A stretch of 64,000 bases of DNA. Origin: Novosphingobium sp. (GTDB lineage: Bacteria; Pseudomonadota; Alphaproteobacteria; Sphingomonadales; Sphingomonadaceae). The translations under genes were made by a program, and so were the position numbers. Under the pieces are notes generated by a model that worked only from the letters and a program-made list of their open reading frames with translations, ran no database searches and was not told where the DNA came from. The first letter of the stretch is position 1; every line of letters begins with the position of its first letter. Below, piece after piece: positions 46,659-55,933 of this stretch. The DNA lies in the NCBI GenBank assembly GCA_031369495.1, contig JANMOU010000054.1, positions 13,195-77,194 of the forward strand, given 5' to 3'.

Positions 46659-48058
46659 CCCACCAGTTCCACCCGACCGTGCTGCGCGAATACGATATCC
46701 GCGGGATCATCGGCGAAACGCTGGGCGAGGACGATGCCTATGCCATCGGCCGCGGCTTTGCGACGCTGCTCGGGCAGGCTGGCGGGCGCACGGTTGCGGT
46801 TGGCTATGATGGGCGGCTGAGCTCGCCGATGCTTGAAGAGGCACTGGTCCGCGGGATCAACGATAGCGGGCTCGATGCGGTCCGGGTCGGAATGGGGCCA
46901 ACCCCGATGCTCTACTATGCCGAAGCTTCAGCCGAAGATGTGCAGGGCGGCATTCAGATAACTGGCAGCCACAATCCCGCCAATTACAATGGCTTCAAGA
47001 TGGTATTTCAGGGCCGGCCGTTCTTCGGGGATGATATCAAGGAACTCGGCCGGCTCGCAGCTGCCGGGGCCTGGAGCGAGGGCACTGGCACGCATCAAAC
47101 CCGCGAAGTTCTGCACGCCTATGTCGCGCGGATGCTCGAAGGGCTCGCCGGGATCGACCAGGCTGAGCTCGCGAAATTCAAGATCGGTTGGGACGCGGGC
47201 AATGGTGCCGCCGGCCCCGCGCTTGAACTGCTGACGCATAATCTTCCTGGCGAACACCATCTTCTCTTCACCCAAGTGGATGGGACGTTCCCGAACCATC
47301 ATCCGGATCCCACTGAAGAAAAGAATTTGGCCGATCTGAAAGCGCTGGTCGCGGCCAAGAACCTCGATTTTGGGGTGGCTTTCGATGGTGATGGCGACCG
47401 GATCGGGGCAATCGATGGCACCGGCCGGGTAATCTGGGGTGACCAGTTGCTCATGATCTACGCTGAAGACCTCCTGCGCGTCCTGCCCGGAGCCGCGATT
47501 ATCGCGGATGTGAAGGCATCTAGGGCCTTATTCGAGCGCGTCATTCAGCTTGGTGGACGGCCGACTATGTGGAAGACCGGACACAGCCTGATTAAGTCCA
47601 AAATGAAGGAGATTGGCGCGCCTTTGGCTGGCGAAATGAGCGGCCACGTGTTTTTTGCGCACCAATACTATGGCTTCGACGATGCGCTTTATGCCGCAAT
47701 CCGGCTGATTGCGGCCTCGGTGCGGCTGGGCAAAAGCGTGACCGAGCTCCGTGGCGAAATGCCCGCGCTGGTCAATACGCCCGAGCTGCGCTTTCAGGTG
47801 GATGAAAGCCGCAAGTTCGCAGTGGTCGAAGAAGTGCGGGATCGCCTTTCAGCCGCCGGGGCCGATGTCGACGCCACCGACGGCGTGCGGGTCTCGACCC
47901 CCGATGGCTGGTGGCTGCTGCGCGCTTCGAATACCCAGGACGTGCTGGTGGCACGGGCTGAAAGCGACAATCAAGCCGGGCTGGACCGCCTGATGGCCCA
48001 GATCGACGCGCAACTCGCCGCCAGCGGGCTGGAACGCGGGGAGCAGGCGGGGCACTGA
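46655..48058 (+). CDS. phosphomannomutase/phosphoglucomutase
   Basis: Active-site TGSHNP, Mg loop FDGDGDR, GEMSGH. Trimmed to MTHQFHPTVLREYDIRG. Confidence 0.9.
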   Translation: MTHQFHPTVLREYDIRGIIGETLGEDDAYAIGRGFATLLGQAGGRTVAVGYDGRLSSPMLEEALVRGINDSGLDAVRVGMGPTPMLYYAEASAEDVQGGIQITGSHNPANYNGFKMVFQGRPFFGDDIKELGRLAAAGAWSEGTGTHQTREVLHAYVARMLEGLAGIDQAELAKFKIGWDAGNGAAGPALELLTHNLPGEHHLLFTQVDGTFPNHHPDPTEEKNLADLKALVAAKNLDFGVAFDGDGDRIGAIDGTGRVIWGDQLLMIYAEDLLRVLPGAAIIADVKASRALFERVIQLGGRPTMWKTGHSLIKSKMKEIGAPLAGEMSGHVFFAHQYYGFDDALYAAIRLIAASVRLGKSVTELRGEMPALVNTPELRFQVDESRKFAVVEEVRDRLSAAGADVDATDGVRVSTPDGWWLLRASNTQDVLVARAESDNQAGLDRLMAQIDAQLAASGLERGEQAGH

Positions 48059-48064
48059 AGCGGA

Positions 48065-48895
48065 TCAGTTCGGCAGGACTTCCTTGCCGGAGCGTAGGTC
48101 GATGACCCGGCCTTGATCATAGCCCAGAACCCCTGGAATGGCGGCGAGGCGGTTGATCAGGACAGTGTTGGTATCAACGAACGGTCCGACTGCGTGAAGT
48201 TCGGCCGGGACGATCTTGGTCGGATCGATCCCTGGCGGCAGCCAGTCACCCGGCTGGCGCGGGCGCAACCCAATGGCGAACAGACCGTAATCCATGACCG
48301 CACTGCGGCCGAGATCGACTTCTCCGGCCAACTCGGGAATCGGGGAAGGCTCCCACGCCTTGGCCACCAGCAGCGAGCCCAGGTCGGTCACCTCTCCTGC
48401 CTTGACGGTGAACCGCACTGTGCCAAGGCACAGGCACTGATAGGTATAGCCGCTGAAGCCAGTGCCATAGACTATGTAGTCGCCGGGGGTGAGCTCGGCC
48501 AGGATCATCGCTACCTTGTCGACCATGGCCAGACGCTTGCCGGGGTTCAGTTCGAAAAAGTTGGGTCGTCCCTCATAGTCGAACACGAAACTGTCGATTG
48601 ATCCGGCTTTGTCGCCCTTTTTGGCTTTCAACTTGGCGAAAGCCTCACGCTTGGCGGTGTCATAGGTCGCAAGCTCCTGTTCGCTTGGCACCCGCAGGAT
48701 ATCGAGCGTGAACTTGCTGAGATCGGTGTCGTTACGCAGCAACACATAGCCCCGGTCGCTGCGGAAGACGAATGCGTCCTTTTCCTTGATCGGGCGGAAA
48801 TCTGCTTCAACAGCAGCCTTGTCGACGGCCTGAACGGCGGTCGCGCTGGCTCCGATCAGTGTTGCGCACAAGATGATTAGCAAGCGGCGGATCAT
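48065..48895 (-). CDS. secreted protein of unknown function
   Basis: 276 aa with signal peptide MIRRLLIILCATLIGASATAVQA. No motif recognised. 4-nt overlap with the upstream gene. Confidence 0.55.
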   Translation of the reverse strand: MIRRLLIILCATLIGASATAVQAVDKAAVEADFRPIKEKDAFVFRSDRGYVLLRNDTDLSKFTLDILRVPSEQELATYDTAKREAFAKLKAKKGDKAGSIDSFVFDYEGRPNFFELNPGKRLAMVDKVAMILAELTPGDYIVYGTGFSGYTYQCLCLGTVRFTVKAGEVTDLGSLLVAKAWEPSPIPELAGEVDLGRSAVMDYGLFAIGLRPRQPGDWLPPGIDPTKIVPAELHAVGPFVDTNTVLINRLAAIPGVLGYDQGRVIDLRSGKEVLPN

Positions 48896-49422
48896 GGCAG
48901 CACCCGTGGGTTTGGCGGGACGGGCCCCGCGGCGATCGCAGCAAGCATCGGTATCGCGGTTTGCGGTTCAGCTTGATAGATTTCTTTCCAGCGATCTTCG
49001 GTAATTCGATAGCGGTGATATCCCCGCGGAACCATGCACCGGAACATCCGCGATTGGCGAATGCTGCGCTCTAGCGGCCCGGCGATCATCGACGCGATCA
49101 CCAAACCTACCAATCCGTAGTTACCACCATTGTAGGTCACGGGGCGATTGGCATCAGATTGCCGAAACGGAACGAAGCCGGGAACCTGCCGCTGTACGCC
49201 GTGTGGGACATATTGCCAGCAGAACTGCAGATCCTTCGTGGCTTGCTCAAGGGTGACCCCTGGCTTGTGCAGCACCCAATACTTGCGCTCGTCACCCAGG
49301 GTCTTTTCGGGCGCAGAAAGGTCGGGAACCACCACTGGTGCGGCGGTGGGCGAAGATTGCGCCAGCAATGGCGCGGAAGATGCCAGAACCAATCCGACCA
49401 CAAACACCGATGCGCAGCGCAT
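48892..49422 (-). CDS. secreted protein of unknown function
   Basis: 176 aa with signal peptide MRCASVFVVGLVLASSAPLLAQS. No motif recognised. Confidence 0.55.
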   Translation of the reverse strand: MRCASVFVVGLVLASSAPLLAQSSPTAAPVVVPDLSAPEKTLGDERKYWVLHKPGVTLEQATKDLQFCWQYVPHGVQRQVPGFVPFRQSDANRPVTYNGGNYGLVGLVIASMIAGPLERSIRQSRMFRCMVPRGYHRYRITEDRWKEIYQAEPQTAIPMLAAIAAGPVPPNPRVLP

Positions 49423-49492
49423 GGTAACTCTCCCCTGTATTTCAGTGGTCTAAGCGATCCATCCGGCCAGCACAACTATCAGTTCCGCACTA

Positions 49493-50791
49493 TCACTGCC
49501 ACACAACCAATACCCCGCCGCCCAGCGCGAGCAGGCTGACCAGCATCGCACAGGCGCCCGGCCAGGCCCTTTGCCATCCGGCTAGGCCCAGCAGCGTCGC
49601 AGTTTTGAACAGGGTGTTGAGCGTCACCGGCAAAGCCAGCACCAGCGCCGCGACGCGCGGGGTGAGGGTGCCGGAAGGCAGATTGCCCATCGTGATGATC
49701 GCTGAATCGACGTCGGCCGTGCCGGATATCGCCAGCATTGCAGCCAGTCCGGCATCGCCATATCGCTCCAGCACCCAGCGTGCAGTGAGCGTCAGGGCCA
49801 TGGTCAGGGCCATCAGCAATAGCGCAGGTTTGAGGTCGAACGGATTGCGCACCGTGATGGCTCCGTCTGCTTCGCCGCCGGCTGCCGCTGTTCTTCGCAG
49901 GATCAGCCAACTAGCTATCAGGCTGACCGCCATCGCGGGCAGCGCCAATTTGGCGAAACCTGCCAGCGCAAACGGTGCCAGCGCTGCGGTCAGGAGCGTC
50001 ACCCGCAGGAACATCGTTGCGCTGGCCAGCGCTACTCCGGCGTTGAGCAGAGCCGCATCCCCCGCGCGGTCGCGCAGTTTCCCGGCCAGCGCGGCAGTGA
50101 CGGCGGTTGAGGAGACCATCGATCCTGCCGCGGCCGTTGCCAGAATTCCGCGGGCCGGGCCGAGCAGCTTGACCCCGGCATAGCCCGCGAACGAGAAGCC
50201 CGAAACCAGCACAACCACCAGCCACAACTGGCGCGGCCGCCAGGCACCATAGGGACCGAACGGGGTATCGGGCAGCAACGGCAGGATCACCAGCGCGATC
50301 AACGCGAACCGGGCGATCGCCTGCATCTCGTGCTCTTCGATATGCCGCAGCCAATGGTGCCAGCGATTGCGCTGGGCTAGCACCAGCACGGTGGTGCCGG
50401 TGAGAACTGAAGCCAGCGCGAATTCGCCGCTACCAGCCAGAAACCCGGCGGCCAGCGTGATCAGCCCGGTCAGGCTGGCAGTTCCGCTGATCGAAGCGCG
50501 GCCCTTGGTCGAGCGCCAATAGCCGAGCAGCACCAATACCGCGCTGGCCGCCAGCAGGACGAATGCCAGCGTCGTTGCGCGGGCCTGCATTACCCCGGCG
50601 ACCCCGCCAGCGAGACCGAACAAGCCATAGGTGCGAACCCCGGCGAAACGGCTGCCAGCCGGATTGGCGCGACTGACCCAGCCGCGCTGCACGCCGATCA
50701 ACAGGCCCAGCGCCAAGGCCAGGCCAGTTGCGTAGAGTTCGGAATAGACAAGGACGGTCATGATCGCCGGTTTGGCCCGATGAACGAACAA
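49493..50791 (-). CDS. MgtC/SapB-family plus DUF4010 polytopic membrane protein
   Basis: 432 aa, entirely TM-rich. The N-terminal ..GLLIGVQRGW.. pattern is typical of MgtC-DUF4010 fusions. Confidence 0.7.
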   Translation of the reverse strand: MFVHRAKPAIMTVLVYSELYATGLALALGLLIGVQRGWVSRANPAGSRFAGVRTYGLFGLAGGVAGVMQARATTLAFVLLAASAVLVLLGYWRSTKGRASISGTASLTGLITLAAGFLAGSGEFALASVLTGTTVLVLAQRNRWHHWLRHIEEHEMQAIARFALIALVILPLLPDTPFGPYGAWRPRQLWLVVVLVSGFSFAGYAGVKLLGPARGILATAAAGSMVSSTAVTAALAGKLRDRAGDAALLNAGVALASATMFLRVTLLTAALAPFALAGFAKLALPAMAVSLIASWLILRRTAAAGGEADGAITVRNPFDLKPALLLMALTMALTLTARWVLERYGDAGLAAMLAISGTADVDSAIITMGNLPSGTLTPRVAALVLALPVTLNTLFKTATLLGLAGWQRAWPGACAMLVSLLALGGGVLVVWQ

Positions 50792-50841
50792 AGGGAAGGA
50801 CCAAGGTGCGCCGCGCGGCGATCCATGGCAAGGTCGATGCG

Positions 50842-53298
50842 ATGTCAGAAGCCCAGCTCCCCCCCGAACTTGCGCAGTGGTTTGCGCTGCGCGGCTGGCG
50901 CCCCCGGCGGCATCAGGCCGAGATGCTCAACGTGGCGGCCAGCGGGCGCCACGCTCTGCTGGTTGCGGATACCGGGGCGGGCAAGACGTTGGGCGGATTT
51001 CTCCCAACACTCGCTGATTTCTGCCCTTCAAAGCTGGCCGGAGAAGCGCCGCCTGAAGGGCTGCATACGCTCTACGTCTCACCGCTCAAGGCGCTGGCCC
51101 ACGATGTTCAGCGCAACCTGCTGACCCCGGTCGCCGAACTCGGTCTGCCGTTGCGGATCGAAGTGCGCAGCGGCGATACGCCTTCGGACCGCAAGGCCCG
51201 TCAACGCGCTCGGCCGCCGCAGGTGTTGCTGACCACACCCGAATCGCTCTCGCTGCTATTGTCCTATCCAGAGGCCGCGACGCTGTTTTCGGGCCTCAAG
51301 CGTGTGGTGATCGACGAGATCCACGCCTTTGCCCCGACCAAACGCGGCGATCTGCTGGCGCTGGCCCTGACCCGGCTTCAGGCCTTGGCGCCGGGGCTGC
51401 AACGGGTTGGGCTGTCTGCCACGCTGGCAGATCCGGCAGCTTTTGCGCAGTGGCTGGCGCCCAATGGCGATGCCGGTCAGGTTGCGCTTGTCGAAGGCGA
51501 ACAGGGCGCCAAGCCCGAGCTTTCGATTTTGTTGCCGGAGCAAGCGCGGGTGCCGTGGGGCGGACATGCAGCGGCCTGGGCCGTGCCGCAGCTCTATCAG
51601 GCGATCAAAGCCAACCGGACGACGCTGATCTTCTGCAACACGCGGTTCCTGGCCGAGTTCATCTTTCAGCAGCTGTGGAACGCGAATGACGATGTCCTGC
51701 CGATCGGGGTGCATCACGGCTCGCTATCCAAAGAAGCGCGGCGCAAGATCGAAGGGGCGATGGCGCGCGGAGAGCTGCGCGCGCTGGTTGCCACCTCCAG
51801 TCTCGATCTGGGGGTCGATTGGGGCGATATCGATCTGGTGGTGCAGATGGGTGCGCCCAAGGGATCCTCGCGGTTGCTCCAGCGGATCGGGCGCGCGGGG
51901 CACCGGCTCGATGTCGCCAGCCGGGCGCTATTGGTGCCGGGCAACCGGTTCGAATTTCTCGAAGCCTTTGCAGCCGAACAAGCGGTGGAGGCCGGGCAGC
52001 GCGATGGCGAGGCGTTCCGGCCCGGCGGGCTTGATGTGCTGGCGCAGCACGTGATGGCGCGGGCCTGCTGCGGACCGTTCGATGGAGATGGCTTGTTCGC
52101 CGAGGTGCGTTCGTGCTCGGCCTATGATTGGATTGATCCGGCGATCTGGTCGCGGGTGCTCAGCTTTGTCGGGAACGGCGGCTATGCCTTGCGGGCCTAT
52201 GACCGGTTTCAGCGGATCACCCTGGGGCGGGACGGCCTGTGGCGGCTGACCCATCCGGAGCAGGCTGCGCGGTTTCGGCTCAATGCCGGGATCATCATCG
52301 ATAGCGAGATGGTTGATGTCCGGTTCCGTAACGGGCGCTCGCTCGGCCGGGTTGAGGAGAGTTTTGCGGCGGGGCTCAGGCCCGGCCAGACGTTCCGCTT
52401 TGCCGGGCTCGACTTGGAAGTGGAGGCGATGCGCGATACCGAACTGACAGTCCGCGCGGCCAAAAAGACCGGCCAGATTCCCAGCTATATGGGACAGCGC
52501 CTGCCCCTGACCACGCACCTTGCCGAGCGCGTGCAGGCCCTGCTGGCGGACCGGGCCGGCTGGGCGCAGTTTCCCGACGATGTTCGCGAATGGCTCGAAG
52601 TGCAGGATTGGCGCTCCGAACTGCCGGGGCCGGGGCGATTGCTGGTGGAAAGCTTTCCCCATGCCGACAAGCATTACACCGTGTTCTATTGCTTCGAAGG
52701 CTGGCCCGCGCATCAATCGCTGGGGATGCTGCTGACCCGGCGGATGGAGCAGCGCGGGCTCGCGCCGATGGGGTTTGTCGCCAATGACTATTCCTTTGCG
52801 GTGTGGAGCCTGCGGCCGGTTGACGATCCCGCTGCGCTGCTTTCGCCCGATATTCTTGCCGGTGAGTTCACCGAATGGGTTGAGGATAGCTATCTGCTAC
52901 GCCGCGCCTTTCGCGAAGTGGCGGTGATTTCCGGACTGGTCGAGCGCCAGCAGCCCGGTCAGCGCAAAACCGGGCGGCAAGTGACCTTCTCGACCGATCT
53001 GATCTACGACGTTCTGCGCAAGCATGAGCCGGGCCATGTCCTGATCGAGGCGGCCTGGGCCGATGCGAGGGCGCGGATGACCGATATCGGGCGGCTGGCG
53101 GGTCTGCTCGAGCGGGCCGGGCGCGAGGTGCGGCACGTGGTGCTTGATCGGGTCAGTCCGCTGGCGGTGCCGGTGCTGGTTATGATCGGGCGGGAAAGTC
53201 TGCCGCAGGGTTCGGCCGATGACGAGTTGTTACTCGAGGCAGAGGGTCTGGCGAGCGCGGCTATGCGGTTTGATCCTCCGCGCGAGGAAGGCGACTAG
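50842..53298 (+). CDS. DEXH-box helicase, Lhr-core / ligase-associated DNA-damage-response type
   Basis: ADTGAGKT, DEIH, SAT and QRIGRAGH motifs, about 818 aa with the family-typical C-terminal extension. Confidence 0.8.
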   Translation: MSEAQLPPELAQWFALRGWRPRRHQAEMLNVAASGRHALLVADTGAGKTLGGFLPTLADFCPSKLAGEAPPEGLHTLYVSPLKALAHDVQRNLLTPVAELGLPLRIEVRSGDTPSDRKARQRARPPQVLLTTPESLSLLLSYPEAATLFSGLKRVVIDEIHAFAPTKRGDLLALALTRLQALAPGLQRVGLSATLADPAAFAQWLAPNGDAGQVALVEGEQGAKPELSILLPEQARVPWGGHAAAWAVPQLYQAIKANRTTLIFCNTRFLAEFIFQQLWNANDDVLPIGVHHGSLSKEARRKIEGAMARGELRALVATSSLDLGVDWGDIDLVVQMGAPKGSSRLLQRIGRAGHRLDVASRALLVPGNRFEFLEAFAAEQAVEAGQRDGEAFRPGGLDVLAQHVMARACCGPFDGDGLFAEVRSCSAYDWIDPAIWSRVLSFVGNGGYALRAYDRFQRITLGRDGLWRLTHPEQAARFRLNAGIIIDSEMVDVRFRNGRSLGRVEESFAAGLRPGQTFRFAGLDLEVEAMRDTELTVRAAKKTGQIPSYMGQRLPLTTHLAERVQALLADRAGWAQFPDDVREWLEVQDWRSELPGPGRLLVESFPHADKHYTVFYCFEGWPAHQSLGMLLTRRMEQRGLAPMGFVANDYSFAVWSLRPVDDPAALLSPDILAGEFTEWVEDSYLLRRAFREVAVISGLVERQQPGQRKTGRQVTFSTDLIYDVLRKHEPGHVLIEAAWADARARMTDIGRLAGLLERAGREVRHVVLDRVSPLAVPVLVMIGRESLPQGSADDELLLEAEGLASAAMRFDPPREEGD

Positions 53299-53741
53299 CG
53301 GGTTGAAGGAGCCGACTTGCTGAACTGCGCGAAGCGATCGTTGCCGGCGAAGGCGAATGAGGCGGGGTTGCTGGCTCGAATCAGGTTCAGCACGCGCAGC
53401 GCTGCACCATAGGGCGCGGCGGCGTGGGGGTCGAAGCGCAGCAGAGGTTCTAGGGTCAGGCTGGTAGAGGCCCGCAGCAGGGTGGCCAGGCCGACTTCGC
53501 TGACGACCGCGCCGTTCCAGGTGATTGCGCTTTGGCCGGTTACCGAAATGGTGTTTTCCGGCAAGATCTTCGGCAACTGGTCGATCGGGCCCGGGGCGGG
53601 CAAGTCGAATGCCGTTTCGTGGGTCGCAGCTGGAATGGTGATGATGAACATCACCAGCAGGACCAGCATGACATCGATTAGCGGGGTGGTGTTGAGGTCG
53701 CTAAGAGGTTCGCTTAGGGTTTGCTTCAGGGCGATTACCAT
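53295..53741 (-). CDS. exbD: ExbD/TolR-family protein (third paralog, separate transcription unit)
   Basis: LNTTPLIDVMLVLLVMFIIT motif. Trimmed to the ATG preceded by AGGAGG. Stop overlaps the convergent helicase stop by 4 nt. Confidence 0.85.
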   Translation of the reverse strand: MVIALKQTLSEPLSDLNTTPLIDVMLVLLVMFIITIPAATHETAFDLPAPGPIDQLPKILPENTISVTGQSAITWNGAVVSEVGLATLLRASTSLTLEPLLRFDPHAAAPYGAALRVLNLIRASNPASFAFAGNDRFAQFSKSAPSTR

Positions 53742-53771
53742 ACCTGCCTCCTGACACTCCGAATGAATGTA

Positions 53772-53799
53772 ATAGTATAACATATGTTCCGAGTGTCAA
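53772..53799 (-). promoter_or_regulatory. near-consensus sigma70-type promoter for the third exbD
   Basis: The minus strand reads TTGACA-16 nt-TACTAT about 30 nt upstream of the AGGAGG-ATG. The spacer contains the palindrome AACATATGTT. It lies in a locally AT-rich islet. Confidence 0.45.
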
Positions 53800-53870
53800 G
53801 CACTGATTGGGACCGCCTGGCCCAGGTTTGATTGGTGTGGAAAATAGTCATGCGGACACACGGCGCACAT

Positions 53871-53900
53871 AGAAAAAGGGGGCGGATCGCTCCGCCCCCT
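53871..53900 (-). terminator. rho-independent terminator after the second exbD
   Basis: Perfect 10-bp stem AGGGGGCGGA-tcgc-TCCGCCCCCT, followed on the minus strand by TTTTTCT. Confidence 0.65.
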
Positions 53901-53938
53901 CGTTCGATTTTCAGTCCAGCGGCCGATCGGCCAGCCGA

Positions 53939-54400
53939 TCAGTTCGCTCCGCCCTTGCCCGCGTTCTCAGCCTTGCCGAACACGGCATACTGTTCGTTGC
54001 CGACAAACCCGAAGGCCGTAACACCCGAACCCTTGATGATATTCAGCACCTGAATGCTGGTTTCATAAGGGGCCTGGGCATCCGGTTGGAACTGCAGTTC
54101 CGGTTCGGGATTGATCGCGAGCGTCGATTTCAAGAGGCTGACCAGCTGCGAGGTGTTGATCGCAGTGCCGTTCCACATGATTTCGTTGTTGGGCATGATC
54201 ACCAACTTGTTCTTGTCACGCTTGATGATCACTTCCGGCGGCGGAGCCGACGGATTGGGCAGGTTGATGTCCACGGCATGCGTGGCCACCGGGATTGTGA
54301 TAATAAACATGATGAGCAAAACGAGCATGACGTCGATAAGCGGCGTCGTGTTCATTTCCATCATCGGCTCGCCATCATCGCTGCCGCCTGACATTGACAT
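53939..54400 (-). CDS. exbD: ExbD/TolR-family protein
   Basis: MNTTPLIDVMLVLLIMFIIT motif, 153 aa. Confidence 0.9.
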   Translation of the reverse strand: MSMSGGSDDGEPMMEMNTTPLIDVMLVLLIMFIITIPVATHAVDINLPNPSAPPPEVIIKRDKNKLVIMPNNEIMWNGTAINTSQLVSLLKSTLAINPEPELQFQPDAQAPYETSIQVLNIIKGSGVTAFGFVGNEQYAVFGKAENAGKGGAN

Positions 54401-54441
54401 GGTGGGATACTCCTAAAAATGGGGCCGGTGAAGGCCGCCGC

Positions 54442-54975
54442 TTAACCGTTCGGGTCAACCGGGTTTGAGATGAAGCCGACGGTTGGATAACCAACGATCT
54501 GCACGTTGTAGATCGCACCGGCCACACAGCGCCACGGGGCAGAAACGTCACCGCGGATGTGAACCTGCGGAATCAGTTCGGGATTGTCCTTCAAGGCTTC
54601 TGCACCACCGGCGCGCTTAATGATCGCATCGAGACGATCATAGGCTTGCTTGGCGAGCTCATTCGAGTCCACCGGAGTGATGTTGTTGAAGTAAATGCGG
54701 CACTCGCCACCCAGCGAAGCTCCTTCAAAACCGGGGTCCCCGGCGCTCCGGCCACCAGCATCGGTTGTGCTGACGGTGAGCAGGAGATTCTCGACCTTGT
54801 CCTTCGATTCCTGTGAAGGCATCACAGGAAGCTTGAGCTTCTGGATCGTCTGGATGGCAATCGGAACCGCGATGAGGAAGATGATCAGGAGCACCAGCAT
54901 CACGTCCACCAGGGGCGTGGTGTTGATATCCGACATCGGCTTTTCCTCGCCGCCGCCTCCCATCGAAACTGCCAT
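54442..54975 (-). CDS. exbD: ExbD/TolR-family protein (longer periplasmic domain)
   Basis: INTTPLVDVMLVLLIIFLIA motif, 177 aa. Confidence 0.88.
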   Translation of the reverse strand: MAVSMGGGGEEKPMSDINTTPLVDVMLVLLIIFLIAVPIAIQTIQKLKLPVMPSQESKDKVENLLLTVSTTDAGGRSAGDPGFEGASLGGECRIYFNNITPVDSNELAKQAYDRLDAIIKRAGGAEALKDNPELIPQVHIRGDVSAPWRCVAGAIYNVQIVGYPTVGFISNPVDPNG

Positions 54976-55085
54976 GGGCTAATTCCTATCTTTGCTTTTC
55001 CTCGGATCCGGGCGGGACGTTGGTCCCGGCCCGGTCCGACTGGATACCGGCGCCTGACGCAAGGTCAGGGCGCCGGATGGGCGAC

Positions 55086-55841
55086 TTACTGCTTGGCAGC
55101 CGGAGCAGCGGCAGCGGGCTTGGCAGCAGCCTTGGTCGAAACTGAAGGCTTAACCGCACCCTTCGAGCTGATGTTGGCCAGCACGTTGGTCGAGAAGCCA
55201 GACAGGATCGAAGCGATCCGCTTGTTGCGGGCTTGCAGGTAGTTGTAGGCGAGCACGGCAGGAACCGCGACCAGCAGGCCGAGCGCGGTCATGATCAGTG
55301 CTTCACCAACTGGGCCCGCGACCTTGTCGATCGAAGCCGACCCGGCGATGCCGATGGCGATCAGCGCGCGATAGATCCCGACCACGGTCCCGAACAGACC
55401 GATGAACGGCGAGGTTGCACCGACCGTCGCGAGAAACGGCAGGCCACCAGCCAGACGGGCGTTGATCGAAGCTTCCGAACGGGCCAGCGAACCGTGCAGC
55501 CAGTCATGGGCTTCGGTTGGGTCCATCTTGCTGACCTGATCTTCAGCCTTAAGGCCGTCGTCAACAATCTGGCGCCAGGCGCTGTTCTTGTCGAGCTTGG
55601 CGGCGCCTTCGCGCAGCGAAGGGGCATTCCAGAACGAAGAGTTCCATTCGCGGCCTTGCTTCATGATCTTGTTCTGCTCGATCCACTTGGTGATCAGAAT
55701 GAAGAACGAGCCAAAGGACATCACGCCCAGGATAATTACGGTGGCGTAGGCGATGAAGCCGCCCTGTTCCAGCGCTTCGGCAAAGCCGAATTTGTTCTGC
55801 GGAGCCGCACCGGCAGCAGCGGTGAGAAGTTCAAAAATCAT
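55086..55841 (-). CDS. exbB: MotA/TolQ/ExbB proton-channel protein
   Basis: 3 TM helices and a conserved ..GLFGTVVGIY..L.. channel segment. Confidence 0.9.
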   Translation of the reverse strand: MIFELLTAAAGAAPQNKFGFAEALEQGGFIAYATVIILGVMSFGSFFILITKWIEQNKIMKQGREWNSSFWNAPSLREGAAKLDKNSAWRQIVDDGLKAEDQVSKMDPTEAHDWLHGSLARSEASINARLAGGLPFLATVGATSPFIGLFGTVVGIYRALIAIGIAGSASIDKVAGPVGEALIMTALGLLVAVPAVLAYNYLQARNKRIASILSGFSTNVLANISSKGAVKPSVSTKAAAKPAAAAPAAKQ

Positions 55842-55933
55842 GCGAAAGTCCTCTCAAGAGAAGTATGTTGAAACTGACTGGACCGCTTAGGTTTGGTTGC
55901 AGCGGCCCGAAAACTCGAAAAACGTCTGTCGTC

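Noticed and set aside
53761-53800. AT-rich GAATGAATGTAATAGTATAACATATGTTCC considered as a dif (XerCD) site or a Fur box
   Set aside because: Only the AATGTA / AACATA cores resemble dif, and the outer XerC/XerD arms do not match. Similarity to the Fur consensus is weak. The near-consensus -35/-10 promoter reading for the third exbD explains it better.
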